Source: Eledone cirrhosa
Taxonomy: Eukaryota
NCBI GenBank assembly: GCA_964016885.1
Contig: OZ024741.1
Location: 12,152,001-12,216,000 of the forward strand
DNA length: 64,000 bases
Direction: 5' to 3'
Below the pieces are notes generated by a model that made no database searches, was not told the origin of the DNA, and saw nothing but the letters and a program-made list of their open reading frames with translations. Position 1 is the stretch's first letter. Every line of letters starts with the position of its first letter. Both the position numbers and the translations under genes were made by a program. This document shows, piece by piece, positions 55,201 to 64,000 of this stretch.

Positions 55201-58200
55201 GTAAAGCTGCTACTTCTCCGAATTGAGAGATCACAGCCCTAATATTAGCGGTATGTGGTTAGAATGTCTCAGGGGATCAGAGAGTCATTCCAGGAAGAGC
55301 TGCTACTTCTCCAAATTAAGAGATCACAGTTCTGATATTAAGGGTATGGGGTTAGAATGTCTCAGACGATCAGAGAGTCATTCCAGGTAAAGCTGCTACT
55401 TTTCCGAATTGAGAGACAATAGCTCTGATATTAAGGGTATGTGGTTAGAATGTCTCAGGAGATCAGAGAGTCACTCCAGGTAGAGCTGCTACTTCTCCGA
55501 ATTGAGAGATCACAGCTCTGATATTAAGGTTATGGGGTTAGAATGTCTCAGGAGATCAGAGAGTCACTCCAGGTAGAGCTGCTACTTCTCCGAATTGAGA
55601 GATCACAGCTCTGATATTAACGGTATGTGGTTAGAATGTCTCAGGAGATCAGAGAGTCACTCCAGGTAGAGCTGCTACCTCTCCGAATTGAGAGATCACA
55701 GCTCTGATATTAAGGGTATGTGGTTAGAATGTCTCAGGAGATCAGAGAGTCACTCCAGGTAGAGCTGCTACTTCTCCGAATTGAGAGATCACAGCTCTGA
55801 TATTGAGGGTATGTGGTTAGAATGTCTCAGGAGATCAGAGAGTCATTCCAGGTAGAGCTGCTACTTCTCCGAATTGAGAGATCACAGCTCTAATATTAAG
55901 GGTATGAGGTTAGAATGTCTCAGCAGATCAGAGAGTCACTCCAGGTAGAGCGGCTACTACTCCGATTTGAGAGACCACAGCTCTGATATTAAGGGTATGT
56001 GGTTAGAATGTCTCAGGAGATCAGAGAGTCACTCCAGGTAGAGCTGCTACCTCTCCGAATTGAGAGATCACAGCTCTGATATTAAGGGTATGTGGTTAGA
56101 ATGTCTCAGGAGATCAGAGTGTCATTCCAGGTAGAGCTGCTACCTCTCCGAATTGAGAGATCACAGCTCTAATATTAAGGGTATGTGGCTACAATGTCTC
56201 AGGAGATCAGAGAGTCACTCCAGGTAGAGCTGCTACCCCTCCGAATTGAGAGATCACAGCTCTGATATTAAGGGTATGTGGTTAGAATGTCTCAGGAGAT
56301 CAGAGAGTCACTCCAGGTAGAGCTGCTACTTCTCCGAATTGAGAGATCACAGCTCTGATATTAAGGGTATGAGGTTAGAATGTCTCAGGAGATCAGAGAG
56401 TCACTCCAGGTAGAGCTGCTACTTCTCCGAATTGAGAGATCACAGCTCTGATATTAAGGGTATGTGGTTAGAATGTCTCAGGAGATCAGAGAGTCATTCC
56501 AGGTAAAGCTGCTACTTTTCCGAATTGAGAGACAATAGCTCTGATATTAAGGGTATGTGGTTAGAATGTCTCAGGAGATCAGAGAGACATTCCAGGTAGA
56601 GCTGCTACTTCTCCGAATTGAGAGATCACAGCTCTGATATTAAGGTTATGGGGTTAGAATGTCTCAGGAGATCAGAGAGTCACTCCAGGTAGAGCTGCTA
56701 CTTCTCCGAATTGAGAGATCACAGCTCTGATATTAAGGGTATGTGGTTAGAATGTCTCAGGAGATCAGAGAGTCACTCCAGGTAGAGCTGCTACTTCTCC
56801 GAATTGAGAGATCACAGCTCTGATATTAAGGGTATGTGGTTAGAATGTCTCAGGAGATCAGAGAGTCATTCCAGGTAGAGCTGCTACTTCTCCGAATTGA
56901 GAGATCACAGCTCTGATATTAAGTGTATGAGGTTAGAATGTCTCAGATCAGAGAGTCACTCCAGGTAGAGCGGCTACTACTCCGATTTGAGAGATTACAG
57001 TTCTGATTTTTAGGGTATGTGGTTAGAATGTCTCAGGAGATCAGAGAATCATTCCAGATAGAGCTGCTACTTCTCCGAATTGAGAGATCACAGCTCTGAT
57101 ATTAAGGGTATGTGGTTAGAATGTCTCAGGAGATCAGAGAGTCACTCCAGGTAGAGCTGCTACCTCTCCGAATTGAGAGATCACAGCTCTGATATTAAGG
57201 GTATGTGGTTAGAATGTCTCAGGAGATCAGAGAGTCACTCCAGGTAGAGCTGCTACTTCTCCGAATTGAGAGATCACAGCTCTGATATTAAGGGTATGTG
57301 GTTAGAATGTCTCAGGAGATTAGAGTGTCATTCCAGGTAGAGCTGCTACCTCTCCGAATTGAGAGATCACAGCTCTGATATTAAGGGTATGTGGTTACAA
57401 TGTCTCAGGAGATGAGAGAGTCACTTCAGGTAGAGCTGCTACCCCTCCGAATTGAGAGATCACAGCTCTGATATTAAGGGTATGTGGTTAAAATGTCTCA
57501 GGAGATCAGAGAGTCACTCCAGGTAGAGCTGCTACTTCTCCGAATTGAGAGATCACAGCTCTGATATTAAGGGTATGAGGTTAGAATGTCTCAGGAGATC
57601 AGAGAGTCACTCCAGGTAGAGCTGCTACTCCTCCGAATTGAGAGATCACAGCTCTGATATTAAGGGTATGTGGTTAGAATGTCGCAGGAGATCAGAGAGT
57701 CACTCCAGGTAGAGCTGCTACTTCTCCAAATTGAGAGATCACAGCTCTGATATTAAGGGTATGCGGTTAGAATGACTCAGGAGATCAGAGAGTCACTCCA
57801 GGTAGGGCTGCTACTTCTCCGAATTTAGAGATCACAGCTCTGATATTAAGGGTATGTGGTTAGAATGTCTCAGGAGATCAGAGAGTCACTCCAGGTAGAG
57901 CTGCTACTTCTCCAAATTGAGAGATCACAGCTCTGATATTAAGGGTATGCGGTTAGAATGACTCAGGAGATCAGAGAGTCACTCCAGGTAGGGCTGCTAC
58001 TTCTCCGAATTTAGAGATCACAGCTCTGATATAAAGGGTATGTGGTTAGAATGTCTCAGGAGATCAGAGAGTCACTCCAAGTAGAGCTGCTACTTCTCCG
58101 AATTGAGAGATCACAGCTCTGATATTAAGGGTATGAGGTTAGAATGTCTCAGGAGATCAGAGAGTCACTCCAGGTAGAGCTGCTACTTCTCCAAATTGAG

Positions 58201-61200
58201 AGATCACAGCTCTGATATTAAGGGTATGTGGTTAGAATGTCTCAGGAGATCAGAGAGTCACTCCAGGTAGAGCTGCTACTTCTCCGAATTGAGAGATCAC
58301 AGCTCTGATATTAAGGGTATGAGGTTAGAATGTCTCAGATCAGAGAGTCACTCCAGGTAGAGCGGCTACTACTCCGATTTGAGAGATTACAGTTCTGATT
58401 TTTAGGGTATGTGGTTAGAATGTCTCAGGAGATCAGAGAATCATTCCAGATAGAGCTGCTACTTCTCCGAATTGAGAGATCACAGCTCTGATATTAAGGG
58501 TATGTGGTTAGAATGTCTCAGGAGATCAGAGAGTCATTCCAGGTAGAGCTGCTACTTCTCCGAATTGAGAGATCACAGCTCTGATATTAAGTGTATGAGG
58601 TTAGAATGTCTCAGATCAGAGAGTCACTCCAGGTAGAGCGGCTACTACTCCGATTTGAGAGATTACAGTTCTGATTTTTAGGGTATGTGGTTAGAATGTC
58701 TCAGGAGATCAGAGAATCATTCCAGATAGAGCTGCTACTTCTCCGAATTGAGAGATCACAGCTCTGATATTAAGGGTATGTGGTTAGAATGTCTCAGGAG
58801 ATCAGAGAGTCACTCCAGGTAGAGCTGCTACCTCTCCGAATTGAGAGATCACAGCTCTGATATTAAGGGTATGTGGTTAGAATGTCTCAGGAGATCAGAG
58901 AGTCACTCCAGGTAGAGCTGCTACTTCTCCGAATTGAGAGATCACAGCTCTGATATTAAGGGTATGTGGTTAGAATGTCTCAGGAGATTAGAGTGTCATT
59001 CCAGGTAGAGCTGCTACCTCTCCGAATTGAGAGATCACAGCTCTGATATTAAGGGTATGTGGTTACAATGTCTCAGGAGATGAGAGAGTCACTTCAGGTA
59101 GAGCTGCTACCCCTCCGAATTGAGAGATCACAGCTCTGATATTAAGGGTATGTGGTTAAAATGTCTCAGGAGATCAGACAGTCACTCCAGGTAGAGCTGC
59201 TACTTCTCCGAATTGAGAGATCACAGCTCTGATATTAAGGGTATGAGGTTAGAATGTCTCAGGAGATCAGAGAGTCACTCCAGGTAGAGCTGCTACTCCT
59301 CCGAATTGAGAGATCACAGCTCTGATATTAAGGGTATGTGGTTAGAATGTCGCAGGAGATCAGAGAGTCACTCCAGGTAGAGCTGCTACTTCTCCAAATT
59401 GAGAGATCACAGCTCTGATATTAAGGGTATGCGGTTAGAATGACTCAGGAGATCAGAGAGTCACTCCAGGTAGGGCTGCTACTTCTCCGAATTTAGAGAT
59501 CACAGCTCTGATATTAAGGGTATGTGGTTAGAATGTCTCAGGAGATCAGAGAGTCACTCCAGGTAGAGCTGCTACTTCTCCAAATTGAGAGATCACAGCT
59601 CTGATATTAAGGGTATGCGGTTAGAATGACTCAGGAGATCAGAGAGTCACTCCAGGTAGGGCTGCTACTTCTCCGAATTTAGAGATCACAGCTCTGATAT
59701 AAAGGGTATGTGGTTAGAATGTCTCAGGAGATCAGAGAGTCACTCCAAGTAGAGCTGCTACTTCTCCGAATTGAGAGATCACAGCTCTGATATTAAGGGT
59801 ATGAGGTTAGAATGTCTCAGGAGATCAGAGAGTCACTCCAGGTAGAGCTGCTACTTCTCCAAATTGAGAGATCACAGCTCTGATATTAAGGGTATGTGGT
59901 TAGAATGTCTCAGGAGATCAGAGAGTCACTCCAGGTAGAGCTGCTACTTCTCCGAATTGAGAGATCACAGCTCTGATATTAAGGGTATGAGGTTAGAATG
60001 TCTCAGATCAGAGAGTCACTCCAGGTAGAGCGGCTACTACTCCGATTTGAGAGATTACAGTTCTGATTTTTAGGGTATGTGGTTAGAATGTCTCAGGAGA
60101 TCAGAGAATCATTCCAGATAGAGCTGCTACTTCTCCGAATTGAGAGATCACAGCTCTGATATTAAGGGTATGTGGTTAGAATGTCTCAGGAGATCAGAGA
60201 GTCACTCCAGGAAGAGCTGCTACCTCTCCGAATTGAGAGATCACAGCTCTGGTATTAAGGGTATGTGGTTAGAATGTCTCAGGAGATCAGAGAGTCACTC
60301 CAGGTAGAGCTGCTACTTCTCCGAATTGAGAGATCACAGCTCTGATATTAAGGGTATGTGGTTAGAATGTCTCAGGAGATCAGAGTGTCATTCCAGGTAG
60401 AGCTGCTACCTCTCCGAATTGAGAGATCACAGCTCTGATAATAAGGGTATGTGGTTACAATGTCTCAGGAGATCAGAGAGTCACTCCAGGTAGAGCTGCT
60501 ACCCCTCCAAATTGAGAGATCACAGCTCTGATATTAAGGGTATGTGGTTAAAATGTCTCAGGAGATCAGAGAGTCACTCCAGGTAGAGCTGCTACTTCTC
60601 CGAATTGAGAGATCACAGCTCTGATATTAAGGGTATGAGGTTAGAATGTCTCAGGAGATCAGAGAGTCACTCCAGGTAGAGCTGCTACTTCTCCGAATTG
60701 AGAGATCACAGCTCTGATATTAAGGGTATGTGGTTAGAATGTCTCAGGAGATCAGAGAGTCACTCCAGGTAGAGCTGCTACCTCTCCGAATTGAGAGATC
60801 ACAGCTCTGATATTAAGGGTATGTGGTTAGAATGTCTCAGGAGATCAGAGAGTCACTCCAGGTAAAGCTGCTACTTCTCCGAATTGAGAGATCACAGCTC
60901 TGATATTAAGGGTATGTGGTTAGAATGTCTCAGGAGATCAGAGTGTCATTCCAGGTAGAGCTGCTACTTCTCCGAATTGAGAGATCACAGCTCTGATATT
61001 AAAGGTATGAGGTAATAATGTCTCAGGAGATCAGAGAGTCACTCCAGGTAGAGCGGTTACTACTCCAATTTGAGAGATTACAGTCCTGATATTAAGGGTA
61101 TGTGGTTAGAATGTCTCAGGAGATCAGAGAATCATTCCAGATAGAGCTGCTACTTCTCCGAATTGAGAGATCACAGCTCTGATATTAAGGGTATGTGGTT

Positions 61201-64000
61201 AGAATGTCGCAGGAGATCAGAGAGTCACTCCAGGCAGAGCTGCTACTTCTCCAAATTGAGAGATCACAGCTATGATATTAAGGGTATGCGGTTAGAATGA
61301 CTCAGGAGATCAGAGAGTCACTCCAGGTAGGGCTGCTACTTCTCCGAATTTAGAGATCACAGCTCTGATATTAAGGGTATGTGGTTAGAATGTCTCAGGA
61401 GATCAGAGAGTCACTCCAAGTAGAGCTGCTACTTCTCCGAATTGAGAGATCACAGCTCTGATATTAAGGGTATGAGGTTAGAATGTCTCAGGAGATCAGA
61501 GAGTCACTCCAGGTAGAGCTGCTACTTCTCCGAATTGAGAGATCACAGCTCTGATATTAAGGGTATGTGGTTAGAATGTCTCAGAAGATCAGAGAGTCAT
61601 TCCAGGTAAAGCTGCTACTTTTCCGAATTGAGAGACAATAGCTCTGATATTAAGGGTATGTGGTTAGAATGTCTCAGGAGATCAGAGAGACATTCCAGGT
61701 AGAGCTGCTACTTCTCCGAATTGAGAGATCACAGCTCTGATATTAAGGGTATGTGGTTAGAATGTCTCAGGAGATCAGAGAGTCATTCCAGGTAGAGCTG
61801 CTACTTCTCCGAATTGAGAGATCACAGCTCTGATATTAAGGGTATGAGGTTAGAATGTCTCAGATCAGAGAGTCACTCCAGGTAGAGCGGCTACTACTCC
61901 GATTTGAGAGATCACAGCTCTGATATTAAGGGTATGTGGTTAGAATGTCTCAGGAGATCAGAGTGTCACACCAGGTAGAGATGCTACTTCTCCGAATTTA
62001 GAGATCACAGCTCTGATATTAAGGGTATGTGGTTATAATGTCTCAGGAGATCAGAGGGTCATTCCAGGTAGAGTTGCTACTTCTCCGAATTGAGAGATCA
62101 CAGCTCTGATATTAAGGGTATGTGGTTAGAATGTCTCAGGAGATCAGAGAGTCACTCCAGGTAGAGCTGCTACCTCTCCGAATTGAGAGATCACAGCTCT
62201 GATATTAAGGGTATGTGGTTAGAATGTCTCAGGAGATCAGAGAGTCACTCCAGGTAGAGCTGCTACTTCTCCGAATTGAGAGATCACAGCTCTGATATTA
62301 AGGGTATGTGGTTAGAATGTCTCAGGAGATCAGAGAGTCATTCCAGGTAGAGCTGCTACTTCTCCGAATTGAGAGATCACAGCTCTGATATTAAGGGTAT
62401 GTGGTTAGAATGTCTCAGGAGATCAGAGTGTCATTCCAGGTAGAGCTGCTACCTCTCCGAATTGAGAGATCACAGCTCTGATATTAAGGGTATGTGGTTA
62501 CAATGTCTCAGGAGATCAGAGAGTCACTCCAGATAGAGCTGCTACCCCTCCGAATTGAGAGATCACAGCTCTGATATTAAGGGTATGTGGTTAGAATGTC
62601 TCAGGAGATCAGAGAGTCACTCCAGGTAGAGCTGCTACTTCTCCGAATTGAGAGATCACAGCTCTGATATTAAGGGTATGTGGTTAGAATGTCTCAGGAG
62701 ATCAGAGTGTCATTCCAGGTAGAGCTGCTACCTCTCCGAATTGAGAGATCACAGCTCTGATATTAAGGGTATGTGGTTACAATGTCTCAGGAGATCAGAG
62801 AGTCACTCCAGATAGAGCTGCTACCCCTCCGAATTGAGAGATCACAGCTCTGATATTAAGGGTATGTGGTTAGAATGTCTCAGGAGATCAGAGAGTCACT
62901 CCAGGTAGAGCTGCTACTTCTCCGAATTGAGAGATCACAGCTCTGATATTAAGGGTATGTGGTTAGAATGTCTCAGGAGATCAGAGAGTCACTCCAGGTA
63001 GAGCTGCTACTTCTCCGAATTGAGAGATCACAGCTGTGATATTAAGGGTATGTGGTTAGAATGTCTCAGGAGATCAGAGAGTCATTCCAGGTAGAGCTGC
63101 TACTTCTCCGAATTGAGAGATCGCAACTCTGATATTAAGGGTATGAGGTTAGAATGTCTCAGATCAGAGAGTCACTCCAGGTAGAGCGGCTACTACTCCG
63201 ATTTGAGAGATTACAGTTCTGATGTTTAGGGTATGTGGTTAGAATGTCTCAGGAGATCAGAGAATCATTCCAGATAGAGCTGCTACTTCTCCGAATTGAG
63301 AGATCACAGCTCTGATATTAAGGGTATGTGGTTAGAATGTCTCAGGAGATCAGAGAGTCACTCCAGGTAGAGCTGCTACCTCTCCGAATTGAGAGATCAC
63401 AGCTCTGATATTAAGGGTATGTGGTTAGAATGTCTCAGGAGATCAGAGAGTCACTCCAGGTAGAGCTGCTACTTCTCTGAATTGAGAGATCACAGCTCTG
63501 ATATTAAGGGTATGTGGTTAGAATGTCTCAGGAGATCAGAGTGTCATTCCAGGTAGAGCTGCTACCTCTCCGAATTGAGAGATCACAGCTCTGATATTAA
63601 GGGTATGTGGTTACAATGTCTCAGGAGATCAGAGAGTCACTCCAGGTAGAGCTGCTACCCCTCCGAATTGAGAGATCACAGCTCTGATATTAAGGGTATG
63701 TGGTTAAAATGTCTCAGGAGATCAGAGAGTCACTCCAGGTAGAGCTGCTACTTCTCCAAATTGAGAGATCACAGCTCTGATATTAAGGGTATGAGGTTAG
63801 AATGTCTCAGGAGATCAGAGAGTCACTCCAGGTAGAGCTGCTACTTCTCCGAATTGAGAGATCACAGCTCTGATATTAAGGGTATGTGGTTAGAATGTCT
63901 CAGGAGATCAGAGAGTCACTCCAGGTAGAGCTGCTACCTCTCCGAATTGAGAGATCACAGCTCTGATATTAAGGGTATGTGGTTATAATGTCTCAGGAGA
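34201..64000 (+). repeat. 93-bp satellite array, about 320 monomers, continuing past the window end
   Basis: Consensus GGAGATCAGAGAGTCACTCCAGGTAGAGCTGCTACTTCTCCGAATTGAGAGATCACAGCTCTGATATTAAGGGTATGTGGTTAGAATGTCTCA. Monomers start at 34201, 34294 and onward. A 90-bp variant recurs. Confidence 0.99.

Noticed and set aside
34201-64000. Satellite as a repetitive protein gene (93 bp = 31 codons), including ORF 34431-34655
   Set aside because: The consensus monomer has stops in all six frames. The small ORF arises only from diverged edge monomers.

Overview
Repeat-dominated animal genomic DNA. An Octopus-type tRNA SINE and very high (TA)/(CA)/(GA) microsatellite density point to a cephalopod, probably Octopus (inference). 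No host gene can be supported, and most ORFs in the track are microsatellite artefacts. Bases 1-34 kb are a mosaic of transposons sitting in (TA)n tracts: a nearly complete but rearranged RTE LINE, one almost intact and several decayed Penelope-like (Naiad-type RT + GIY-YIG) elements, about 13 minimal hammerhead-ribozyme motifs, two non-autonomous Helitrons, three SINEs, a CR1-type LINE 3' end, a MITE and several minisatellites. Bases 34.2-64 kb are a single array of about 320 copies of a 93-bp satellite with higher-order duplications. The monomer is a 31-codon piece of an RTE retrotransposon ORF, and the un-amplified parent ORF still runs in frame into the first monomer.
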